A stretch of DNA of 64,000 nt from assembly GCA_048128005.1 (NCBI GenBank), contig JBEUKZ010000010.1, forward strand, positions 372,001-436,000, read 5' to 3'. The notes under the pieces are model-generated. The model was given only the letters and a program-made list of their open reading frames with translations. It did no database searches and was not told the DNA's origin. Position numbers and translations under genes: made by a program. Below, in pieces: positions 12,001 through 23,029 of the stretch (the first letter of the stretch is position 1; every line of letters starts with the position of its first letter). Origin of the DNA: Veleropilina oligotropha. Its lineage: Eukaryota.

Positions 12001-15000
12001 AGAAACTAAAGTAATTGATGGACTGAATCGATAAATCCAGGGCTCCAGATATCATGCGTATTGCATATATTTTTTGCATCATTCGCTATATGTTTGAAAT
12101 ATGTGCGCATCGCTTACGCATGTCCGTTAATAAATACGCATAGATATAATAATCATTGCGTACAAGAAAGCTTCTGTGTCACAGTTGAACGTCGATCACA
12201 ATCGCTACTGCTCGGGAGTTGTTGGAAAATCCTGATTGGCATAAAGGGGGTAACTCGTCTGGTTAGCAAAACACCATGAAAGAAGCAATTGTATTGGTCC
12301 AATAATCGACTTTCAGCCAATGAAATTACTTTTGCAATCGTCTGCTTGAAAAATCAAATTGTCGAAACTTTTAGGTCGCCGCATGATCAATTTCCACGGA
12401 AAAAGCTGTATGCTCAATCGTTAACGAAGTTGTTAATAAAAACTTCGAGGCTTCCGACTAGTTAAAAGTTAACTGTAAAACTCTACAACAATGGATGACC
12501 AAGTTCCCGTGGTTAACAGCCAAAGCAAATTATGGCGGCACGCTTGTAAAATGTACGATTTGCATACAAGCATAGGCTGGCATTTGTCGAGTTTGGAGGT
12601 AATTCGGTTAAACACACGGTCAGCTTAGAAGATGAATTTCACTATTGTTTTGATTGTAATTCAATGAATAGTCTATGACGACAATTCATTCAAAGACATG
12701 CCTTTCGTTTTGATATTTTTCATGATTTAAAGATGCTGAATCTACATTCGTATGATATTTCATATAAAAGAAAACCATAAATACGATATGGTATCCATAC
12801 ATGACATGTTTTTAGGATGAAGGAAAAGTTAAAATGCACCAAAAGGTGTTGCTAGCATTTAATAATCGCTTCAGCCGACGTGGTATTTTATTTCCTCCGA
12901 AGCCATCTTATCTCATTTATCGTTATTGGGTCAAACGTCACGTGGTCCCGTCGATTTGATTGACAACGTGCAGAGCAAGCAAATGGCGTTGTAGCTAGGT
13001 CAGTGTTCATTAGCGGTTCGCTGAAATTGATGTATTGCATTGAAACATATAGCTAGTTTCTCATAATTGTAGTATATGGCAGCAATACTAACATAATAAC
13101 CATATTTATTTCACCAACTAATTAGGCCTATTGCGCACCGCGACATTGTAATGGCATGGGCATTCACTGTTTCAAGTGCTTCACTGTTTGTTTAAAAGTT
13201 GAAGTAGCCGCATCCAATTTTCATTGATCGCGTTATTTATTATTTCAAGTTTTTCGCATACATCCATTTTATAATCAGAAGCAGTCACAGTCGATAACGG
13301 CGGCCTGCCTCTATTTCTCTTGTCGACATCTGCCATGGAAACCGATATAAACAAAACTCAGACAAGGACGACCTAGAAATGACCCGGTATAAATAGATCG
13401 CGGGAGTGATTTTAGGGCGGAGCTAAGTGACGTGTTGATTCTGCCAAGCCGTCGTTCATTTCCGTACAAATCTCGTGTACAATCGGCTCAAATTATGAGC
13501 GCGCGCTCATAATTCAATAAAAAAAATTCAAATATTTATTACTAAGTGAAAAACAATTTTGCCGTGTGTGGTAATCGCTGAAACGTCCTAACTATATGCA
13601 ATAAATCAATGCAGAAAGTGTAAGATAGAACAGCATTTAAATACGTTTTAGCGATCTGAAGTAGATCCTGCATCTTTAATTGATCAAATCATCTAGAAAT
13701 ACATCCACGGCTTCCAGTTAATCAAGGGAGGCAATCCAATCAGCATATGTTGACATTCCTGTTCTTGTTCTAAAACTATGAAAATCGTCTCCTGTGTTAC
13801 AAGAAAATGACAAAATATCAATGCAATCAGACTTCTCTGAAGATGGTCACATACATAAATTTATTACAAATACAATTTCTTCAGTTTGTTTTTGAGTTGA
13901 CAGTAATCACATTTTTGATGTTGCAATCATGAAGGCAAAAATATTTATTTTGGGTCAACAGTGTGTAACAATATTTTCCATCCTACACAATATATGTACA
14001 TGTATAATTTCACGGACAAAAAGATATGACATACATCACTCTCCATAAAATATTCCACTTCTCCGTGCAATGCCCTCACTTCCCAATGGAGGCCGCTTCG
14101 GCAGCGCAGTGGGTAGAGTGTCCACTCTAAATTCACTGGCTTGATTCCGCTAATGCGAACAGTAGTGAGTTCAATACCTGGCTGAGGCATTGAAATTTGT
14201 TCAAGTTATGAATCACAGTTGTCCGTGACTGGCCGAAGAGGGCGGGTTTACCCGGGCGACCGGGGTTTCCTCCCGCGATAACACGGACATATCCTGCCTT
14301 GAACCTCGATGTTGTAAATATACAGGACATCAAGCATCATTCCTCCACTTCCCAATGTTGTCTCTCAAAAGGGAAGTCACTTCTCCCTGTCAATTGCACG
14401 AATGGTGAACCCTGGTGATATTTGCTTCATGATATATATACACTTTATTCAATTGCAGCAATTTATATATATGTTCTATATGAAAGTCTGTAAAATAAAA
14501 CATTGATTGTCTATTGTATTAATTTTATTGTCCTGCTAATAGCTTACGTAATATGAGGCATGTCCATATCATTGGAGGAAAGCTTGGATGTTATATCAGG
14601 GAAAATCCACAAGACTGCTCCAGTTATGAACGACCATGTTTTCAGGATCCATATGCACTAACGCCAAGTGAAATAATATGGGTGTTTAGGGTTACGTCGC
14701 TTTTGAAAATATGGTAGGAAGGTAGGCTGTAAAAAATTATTTATCTAAACTTTTATTTTAGGGTAGGTAGACATCGAAGGAAAAATTGTTTCTAATTTTT
14801 TTTTTTCAAGCATGTTGAATATCACCTGTATTTTAAATTTAATTCATCCACTATTAAAGACAATGTGGACAGGAGATTTATGCAAGCTATATAATTATGT
14901 CAATAAATTCTGTTTTTAAACGTTGCTTTTTTAATTAATTTTATTTCATTGATTTAATTTTGGAAAAATATCCAAGTTTCCAAGCACAGGATTTTAAGAC

Positions 15001-16773
15001 AAAATCTTTATCTAAATGCTCATTAGAAACTTTCTACAGCATTTGCACTTTTGTCTATTATGCCATGGTCACCTATCAGGTTCTGATACTATAGTTGTGG
15101 TTTCGTATCGAGAGTCGGACCATTTGCGTTTTTGTCGCTGTTGTAAAAATATTGGAGTAGCTTTAATATGTCCGTGTACCGTTGTTCATCTTTTAACATA
15201 TCGCACGTATTTGCTTGATTACATATTGGAATTTCTTCAAAGTTACTATTATTATATAATTTTCTTTTAAATCTCCGTCCTCAAATCCACGATCTGATCC
15301 CAATAAGTTACGTATTCCCCGGCATCGCAAACGGTGTCACAATATAATTGAAAATAACCTGTTGGAGTTTCCGTGTCATATATCTGCTGAGTGCGCATGC
15401 TCAGCGAACCCATGTCACGATTCAACCAATCATAGGTCCCCAGGTTTTGAGCTGTTTGAATGTGGGCTAATATATGTGAAGACTGTGTGTTTCGTCATGG
15501 ATTTCTAATCTAATGGAATCATCGCTATTTCTGGTCGCTACTGAATATTAATAATCTGACTGAAATCTCGCGAAATCATGTCTTCGTATCAGACCAAAGT
15601 TATCCTCAACAAACACGGCACCCTTACGTTTAAAAACAATTTAAGATGCAGATTTAAAGCCATAAAATGACATATAACCATATAATAACGGAATTAAATT
15701 AGGCACACAAGGCACGAAAAGATGTTTTATTCACATAATATACAGGCAAGTACGGGAGTTACATAGTATTTGCGAGGCGTGTCGAAACTGAATGACTTCT
15801 TTCACGACAGTAAACAATTTTACGTTTTTCGAAATGCGATATTTTTGCGAGGGACCCAACTTTACATATTGTATTTCGGGGCCATATTAATTATTTCCTA
15901 AAGGCATTACGCAAAATCAACGCTACGAAACCTAAAAAATCAGGATTTATAAATGTTCGAAAATAGCTATAGGGTCGCATATTTTTCACAATTTATTTGC
16001 GTGTCGTAAAAAGTTGGAGGGTCGGCACGTTTATTTAGGGACGGTCGGGTAACCATAAACACACATAATATTTTACTTGGCCTAATATATGTATAATATA
16101 TAACAAATACGTTATATAACAGGCACAGTGTATATTTACCGTCATCATTTTAACATTTACTCATAAGTTCTAAAAATTGTGAGTACATTAATTTACTCTT
16201 CAGCATTTACCGTGACTCATAACATTTCAAAATAAGCAAAAGGCACCAGTTCACTGAGTACTTAATACACCCAGGAAGTTTCCAAAAGTTATGTCGAGCG
16301 AGCGCTGTATGAGATATGCTCCGGAAAAGATAATTTGCACGGACGGACGGTCTGCATTTTAATATCCCCTGCAAATTATTTTTTCGGGGGATAATGATGA
16401 GTAAATACTCACCAGTGATGAAATTTATCTCTGGAGCCCTGTAAATCATCTTACTTGTATAACGAGATTTGAAATATTTGCCAGATTTAACTTTAAATCA
16501 AACAAATTCCATGAAGGCCCTAATTGACTTAAATAAAAATGAAGGCACATGCGTTAAAATTTAAAAGTGTGAACTTGAATATGCCGCTTACGGTCGTTTT
16601 AAATTGGAATCCCATTTGTAGTCGCCCGGTTCTGGTTTCCAGTGTACAGGTTCCGGCTTAATGGTGTTGAACTCATGAACACTCTTTTGGTAATGCTCTG
16701 GTAATAATTCAGAAGCCCAAGATGGAATCGCCCTCACATATGCCAACTTGAACCTCCCTAGCACCTTCGACAT
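9084..16773 (-). CDS. MRPL28: Mitochondrial ribosomal protein L28 (bL28m); coding exons 16773-16592, 11536-11420, 9752-9611, 9227-9084; last exon not found in window
   Basis: All four exons are bounded by GT-AG and join in phase (585 nt, 195 codons): MSKVLGRF...LPEHY...PEPVHWKP...PIHVKYPRESNRGLWGGEGFVEGY...[67 protein letters not shown]...YKEYAIP. These match hallmark MRPL28 motifs (GLWGGEG, WKP..FYSEILD, LDLID..GFD.YIL, GMDLKR.ML). Confidence 0.93.
9790..10384 (-). mobile_element. Non-autonomous Helentron-associated (HINE/DINE-like) element with about 145-bp internal repeats
   Basis: Subterminal inverted repeat ataccccgcc (9800) / ggcggggtat (10370), a (ccgt)n-like microsatellite near the 5' end, and tandem internal units containing gcggttctgaagataatt. 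Confidence 0.65.
10385..11030 (-). mobile_element. Second HINE/DINE-like element directly abutting the first
   Basis: On the minus strand it starts ttatacgcccgctgaaggcgaggtgtat + gtccgtccgtcc, has about 135-bp internal repeats, and ends gcgggcgtattatg...ctcttgtt. Confidence 0.65.
14088..14340 (+). mobile_element. tRNA-derived SINE, family A (apparently full-length copy)
   Basis: A-box/B-box-like head (agtgggtagagtg ... gagttcaatacc), a central gggtttacccgggcgaccggggtttcctccc motif resembling V-SINE/MESC-type cores, and a (cat)n tail. Flanked by a similar ctcacttcccaatg / ccacttcccaatg repeat, a candidate TSD. Confidence 0.75.
14662..16082. mobile_element. Non-autonomous DNA transposon with TAA TSD (Zator- or Harbinger-like)
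   Basis: TAA|cgccaagtgaaataatatgggtgtttagggttac ... gtaaccataaacacacataatattttacttggcc|TAA. Confidence 0.7.
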
Positions 16774-17269
16774 TCTGAAATGCACATCAATTAGCAATAC
16801 AATTAAAACCCAATGCACACTTGATTACATGATAACATAGCATATTCAAATTTGCGTGATGTATATAAGTGAAAAACGAAACACCTTTAAACTCAAATGT
16901 CAGATTGATTCATCAAATTTAAACACCAACTCAAATTATTGATGGTCCAATAGGAATTTATATAAAAGAAAACCATGCAATGGTTTAATTCATTTATTGT
17001 TAGTTACTGTGTTTCGTGCCAACAACACGTCAAATACACAAACTTATTTTATTTACAGACACGTTTGCACTAGCGTGCTAGCAGACGATTTTCTAAACTT
17101 TCATCGCTCATTTCGATGTCGGTAAAACGAAAGCTCGACTTATCCTCAAATATGTCATTACTCATCTATCATATATTTGACCTTTATGTTTCATTGACTT
17201 TAACTGTAAGCTACAAACATGGAATATATTGTATTTAGTGTCAAAAAATAAAACACAATAATGTGAAGC

Positions 17270-17300
17270 GATAACACATGGCCGCAGCCATTATTGGATT
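17270..17300 (-). promoter_or_regulatory. Probable MRPL28 promoter / non-coding first exon region with a YY1-like motif
   Basis: The ATG exon starts with an acceptor one base before ATG (tttcag|A ATG), which requires an upstream exon. The minus strand here reads ccaataATGGCtgcggccatg. Confidence 0.35.
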
Positions 17301-17819
17301 ATATTCAACTGCAGTATCATTGACGTTAGGCTGTGCGCTTATTCCGCAACAGAAACGTATAAAAACGCAAATGTTTCAATAGATGGTGAAATGATTGGTT
17401 GGTTAGCAACTTTGTTTTTAGACCACTTTTGCAATTTTTTCTGCCTTAGAGCAGTCCGGACACCTGGTTTAAGGTGTTTGCCCGAGATACATTACTAATT
17501 TAGGGATATGCCATCTGTTATTTCTAGCGGTAGAGTACAGTAGCGGATCCAGGTGGTCTGGAGCCCTCCTTTGAAAATCAAAAATGCATATGTTTGAATG
17601 AGACAAAAAACGAAAGAAATACTAACTTACACATTTTAGTGAAAACGGTTCATATATTTTGGTAAGAAATATCGTGTTTGTACTGTCAGAATGCATGTGA
17701 GGGGTTTCACACCGTTAATTGTCAAATTTGTATGAGAATCAAACGGGCCGGCCCCTCCTTTTGAAAATGAGAAATGCATTTGTTTCATTGCGAAAAAAAC
17801 TAAAATATTTACTCATTAT

Positions 17820-18523
17820 TTTAATACATTTATAATGCGCCTATTCTAGTGTAGCTCTAAGCGCAGTACAAACTATAACTAATATTACAGTACAATGTAC
17901 ACAAGAATATACAGGAGAGACATCAATGATACATACTATGAATGCAATAAGCAATAATAATAATAAACAGAATATTTTGTTGTTGAGTTTTTTCAATTTT
18001 ATTAATTTTTTTTTTACAAGCACAATCAGACAAAGAGGTGAAGCAGCCCCTGCGTGAACTTCAACCAACTTTGAATGGTACATATGATGAATGCTATAAG
18101 CAATAACAATGAACAGATGTGAAGCAGTCATTACTGTCCTCCACTACTACGATGTCAGCTGAATTGTCAGTGAGATTTGATCAGGTTGGCATATACATCA
18201 GCAAAGTGGTGTGTTTTCAACGTCTTCCGAAAACTTGTCTGAGATGTGCTTTCCTTTACTTTAGATGGGAGTTTGTTCCAGAGTTTTGGCTCAAGAAGTA
18301 ACATCACAAAGGTCCGAGATGTAAACCTACAAGTTGGTGAAACTGAAATAAACTCCAGCGAATTTGTAAGAAATTTGGGTGCTTACTTCGACAACACTAT
18401 GTCGATGGAAAAATTCGTCTCTGATAAAGTGAAATGCTCATTATTCTTTCTAAGAAACATCAGACGCATCCGTCGTTTTTTAACACCAGATGCAACGAAG
18501 CTTCTTGTGCATGCATATGTCAT
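17820..18523. mobile_element. L2/CR1-clade LINE 3' fragment with 5' inversion
   Basis: Plus strand 18284-18523 encodes FGSRSNITKV...VRNLGAYFDNTMSMEKFV...LRNIRRIRRFLTPDATKLLVHAYVI. Minus strand 18290-17820 encodes PKLWNKLPSKVKESTSQTSFRKTLKTHHF, followed by a 3' UTR ending in an L2-type stem-loop tail (gcgcttagag...aggcgcattataaat). Confidence 0.85.
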
Positions 18524-19104
18524 ATATAATGCTTGTAAGGAATATCGCGTTTGCACTGGCAGAATGCAGGAGAGAGGGTTTCACATCGTTAATTATCCAA
18601 ATTTTCTGGGGGTCTTGGTGGTCCGCCCCCCACCCCCCCCGCCTAGAAAAAATACGTGTCTTTGATTGTGAAAAAAAGAAAAATTTCTTTATACATTTTA
18701 GTGGAAAAAATTTAGTGTCAAAATGCAGGAGGGGATCGAATTTCACACCGTTTCTTGACTTTTCTAGAAATACATGCGGTCTAGACCCCACGTTTGTAAG
18801 CAAAATTGCGTGTGTTAGATTGTGAAAAAAGGAAAAAATTACTCATACATTTTAGTGAAAAAGGTTCATAAATGTAGGTAAGAAATATCGCTTTTGCCCT
18901 GTCGGAGTGTAGGAGAGAAGGTTTCAGGCTGTCTAATTCACGACTGTCTGTCTCGTTCATCTCCCATGTCTCGTATCCCTATAAAAACGCTGATTTTACA
19001 AATGCGTTATGTAGTTGTACATGTTTTCCCTAATTTCCTGAAGTTATTTGTTGCTTAATTTGTTTATCCTACTCCCGATGTCTCCATTGCCAGCTCTTTT
19101 GGTA

Positions 19105-19602
19105 GTTACGCTGCCACCCAGGTTACGCTGCCACCCAGGTTACGCTGCCACCCTGGTTACGCTGCCACCCAGGTTACGCTGCCACCCATGTTACGCTGCC
19201 ACCCAGGTTACGCTGCCACCCAGGTTACGCTGCCACCCTGGTTACGCTGCCACCCAGGTTACGCTGCCACCCAGGTTACGCTGCCACCCATGTTACGCTG
19301 CCACCCAGGTTACGCTGCCACCCAGGTTACGCTGCCACCCAGGTTACGCTGCCACCCAGGTTACGCTGCCACCCTGGTTAGGCTGCCACCCAGGTTACGC
19401 TGCCACCCTGGTTAGGCTGCCACCCAGGTTACGCTGCCACCCAGGTTACGCTGCCACCCAGGTTACGCTGCCACCCTGGTTACGCTGCCACCCAGGTTAC
19501 GCTGCCACCCAGGTTACGCTGCCACCCAGGTTACGCTGCCACCCAGGTTACGCTGCCACCCTGGTTCCGCTGCCACCCAGGTTACGCTGCCACCCAGGTT
19601 AC
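19105..19602. repeat. Minisatellite, 17-bp unit, about 29 copies
   Basis: Unit gttacgctgccacccag; accounts for the repetitive ORFs 19048-19644 and 19188-19415. Confidence 0.97.
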
Positions 19603-20942
19603 GAATTCCTCCACATCATCGAGTTGTCCCCTCTCAATTTCTAAACTGTTATTTCGCAGGATTGTGCATTTCTTTGAGTATATATATATATATTTAGGCC
19701 AATTCTGGATGAAATTTCCTCCAATTTGGATGTCTTACACTGTAGATCTTGACGCGTTGTGGGTAACAATGCAATATCATATATCCAAAGTCTACATCTT
19801 CCTGTTTGGACATAAACTTTCAGCGTATTCCTGTGTTATCGTCGTGAATGGAATTTTTCGACGAACCATTCACTTTCTACTACACCTTTAACCACGGCAC
19901 ACTTATTGTCTTCATGCACCAGTTTGATATAATGTACTACGATCTTGTTTTATAGGAATCGGGATGAAAAAGGAACCATAAAGAGATAAAGATCTGATGT
20001 CAGAGCATGCTCTTCCCGGCGCGAGAGGTGCTTCCAGTGCAAATAATAAATACAATCGTCACAATCAAAATTATATACCGGCTATATAACCAAAGAGTTA
20101 GTGTTTTATAATACCAGTAAAGAACAACTGTGATTATTAATTGACCGAAGTTCATCTTTGTTAATCTAGGCACTCGCGGGAGTGAATGGAGAGCTGCGCT
20201 CTTTTCTATTACATCACATTTTCCCCATCGTGCAGAAATGATATATTATAGTCTGGTGGAAGAATGGACATTTTTGGCTTAGATGTGTTTTGGAGTACAT
20301 ACAACGTTTTATTAGTGATTCTGGTAGAACAGACCATACAGAACGTAAATCCGCTTGATGACACTTTATCAAAATGGCTGCCCCCAAAACCGATTTTCGA
20401 CTATAAGTTCCCCCAAAATTGACAATAAAACGTTGTATGTGCTCCAAATCACACCTAAGTTAATTTCCACCAGACTATATAATCTTTTCCAAAACAGTTC
20501 GTCGTCGTTAGCCAAGTGAGCTTGTAATGGCTAAAAGTATATCGCTCTCTCTGTTCGATATTTGAATGATATTATGCTGCAATTATATGATCACATCGCA
20601 AGGAAGTAACGAATTTCCTAATGATCACATCGACATCTTCCTGCCGATTGATGTTGAATTCAGATAATGGCAACAACCTTGCTGTTATAACTATGGATCT
20701 GCAAGAATGCTTGAACTCAAATCTTCAGAATGGTGTAAAATATGTGACTGTAGGCCTATATTCATTATGAAAAACAGTCCAACATGTCAACTATAAGTTG
20801 TTGTGCGGACATTACTAGAATATCACAGGACGACATTATCGAGTTTCATTCGAATTGCTGAAGTTGAAGTTTAACCGGCCTTTAAACCATTTTATGACAT
20901 CATTCTATTGTCTTAGCCCGTGGTCAGTTAGACCACTGGGAC

Positions 20943-21716
20943 CAGGGGCGGATCTAAAGGGGGGCCGTGGGGGGGGGGGGGTCGGACCCCCTCTTAACGG
21001 TCCAGGTGCCCCTTTGCCAAATAACGAAAGAAATACATCCAAATTTTTGTGAAAACGGTTCATACATGTTGGTACGAAACATCGTGTTTGTACTGACAGA
21101 ATGCATGTGAGGGAGTTTCACACCGTTAATTGTCAAAATTTTCTGACAATCAGAGTGTCCGACTCCTCCTTTTGAAAATGAGAAATGCATGTGTTTCAAT
21201 GCGAAAAAAATCCGAAATATTTACTAATACATTTTAATAAAAACGGTTCATAAATGTTTGTAAGAAATATCGCGTTTGCACTGGTAGAATGCAGGAGAGG
21301 GTGTTTCACATTGTTTATTATCAAACTTTTCTGGGGGTCTGGTCTGGGCGGTCCGCACCCCCCCCCCTCTAGAAAGTAAAAAATGCTTGTCTTTGATTGT
21401 GAACAAAGGAAAAAATTTTCATACATTTATGGTCAAATGCAGGAGGGGATCGAGTTTCACACCGTTTCTTGACTTTTCTGGGGATACAGGCGATCTGGCC
21501 CACAAGTTTTGAAATTTTAGTGAAAATGGTTCATAAATGAAAAAATGAAAAAAATACTCATGTTGGTAAGAAATGTTGGTAAGAAATATCGCCTTTGCCC
21601 TGTCAGAGTGCAGGAGAGGAGGTTTCAGGCTGTTGATTGTCAAAATTTTCTCCAACAGTTGATAGTATATCTGAGGAAAATTGGACCCCCATAACAAAAT
21701 CCTGGATCCTCCCCTG
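20943..21716. mobile_element. hAT-like MITE with 5-bp TSD (CAGGGGCGGATC family)
   Basis: GGGAC|caggggcggatc ... gatcctcccctg|GGGAC. The paralogous uninterrupted host sequence at about 56500-56540 (reverse strand) has a single gggac. Internal sequence is shared with 17538-18940 and 27471-28252. Confidence 0.8.
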
Positions 21717-21950
21717 GGGACTACTTTCGTACACTAAAAATGAGTGTGTTACGTTATTAAAATCATTTCTGTTAAATTAGTGTACACTTTTGCAATTGTT
21801 TCAGTCGGTTATAGCACTCGGTTTGTGTTATCTACTCGGAAAAGCCCGTGCAGTTAAACAACTCGGCGCGTGGTTTAACTGCAGGCTTTTCAGATTAGAC
21901 AACCAAACCTCGTGATATAACCTATACTTATAATGGTTATTGGGGTCATC

Positions 21951-22502
21951 TTGAAGCATGCATCGCCATTAAAATAATTCCAAGCATCACACATTTCTAT
22001 AGATGACGTTATCAAGACTTCACATCGATCCATATGCCATCTTAGAGTGGGACATTCTCGTGAGTTTCACACTAAATTAACAAGGATGCCATACGTTTTG
22101 ATCAATCATATGGATCGTAAACCGCTGGTCTTCAAAATTCATCATATTAGATCGGCCATTTCTACACTTTCACTCAATGGATAATGAGCTCGTTTCTTTA
22201 ATAATATTCAGCCGTATCGCTGGTGTAAAGGGCAGGGGAGTGACCCCTACTTCACTCGCCTGACTGCTCTGACTAAGAGGAGCGAGTTCCAATCCTCGGC
22301 CGGGCACCGTTTTTCAGTGAACAGTCACAGTCTTTCGTAACTGATCTGATTCCACTCATTGACATTTTCTGTTGGGGAAACTGAAGCAGAAGCATTTTGA
22401 AGCATGCGTCGCCATTAAAATCATTTCAAGCATCACACATTTCTATAGATGACGTTATCAAGACTTCACATCGATCCATATGTCATTTTAGAGAGGGACA
22501 TT
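21951..22502. repeat. 106-bp dispersed direct repeat (21951-22056 and 22397-22502)
   Basis: ttgaagcatg...caagcatcacacatttctatagatgacgttatcaagacttcacatcgatccatatg...gggacatt occurs twice with few mismatches. Confidence 0.9.
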
Positions 22503-23029
22503 ATAAGCATCGATCCGAAACCAAAATAAAACATTTAAAAGTGTGTTCCGCCATAGCACGTTCAAAACTAGCAAGATGGCCTCTAGCCTCACACCTCTCT
22601 GCTATTATAGAAATATTGAAGCTGTTGACAACGACATCAAAAGCAGTCATATAATATGTATACCGTCGTCTGCTCTGCTTCACCTAGCTCTGAACTTTTG
22701 CAACAGCTTTGAAGAATAATATAAGTCCAATGCAGTGTTAATATTATGGACCTTACAAGTCTCTATTGTGATGCACGAACGTAATATGTTAATTGGTATC
22801 AGTGAAATGAATGTACTTCCACCCGTACTCCAAGGAATTTATAGAACAGTTTCACCATAACATATATATTCCAAACCGCTACAAATCCGGCCAGTTAATA
22901 TCCTTTAATATTCTTCACGTGCACAAACCACAGAAACAATACTTTACCATAGATCGGAATGTGTCTTATACACCGCTAACACACAGTTGTTCTTGTGTCG
23001 ATTTGTCCGTATAGTCATCGGCTGCTAGA

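Larger units (their letters stand above)
12038..16441. mobile_element. 4.4-kb non-autonomous hAT-like DNA element with 6-bp TSD, carrying nested insertions
   Basis: TIR CAGGGCTCCAGA at 12038 and TCTGGAGCCCTG ending at 16441; identical flanks TAAATC at 12032-12037 and 16442-16447. No transposase ORF seen. Confidence 0.7.

Noticed and set aside
19048..19644. 198-aa repetitive ORF
   Set aside because: A by-product of the 17-bp stop-free minisatellite; no splice or start context.
20300..20880. Slightly coding-looking stretch with a YY1-like motif
   Set aside because: No substantial ORF and no recognisable protein motif; cannot be supported without a search.
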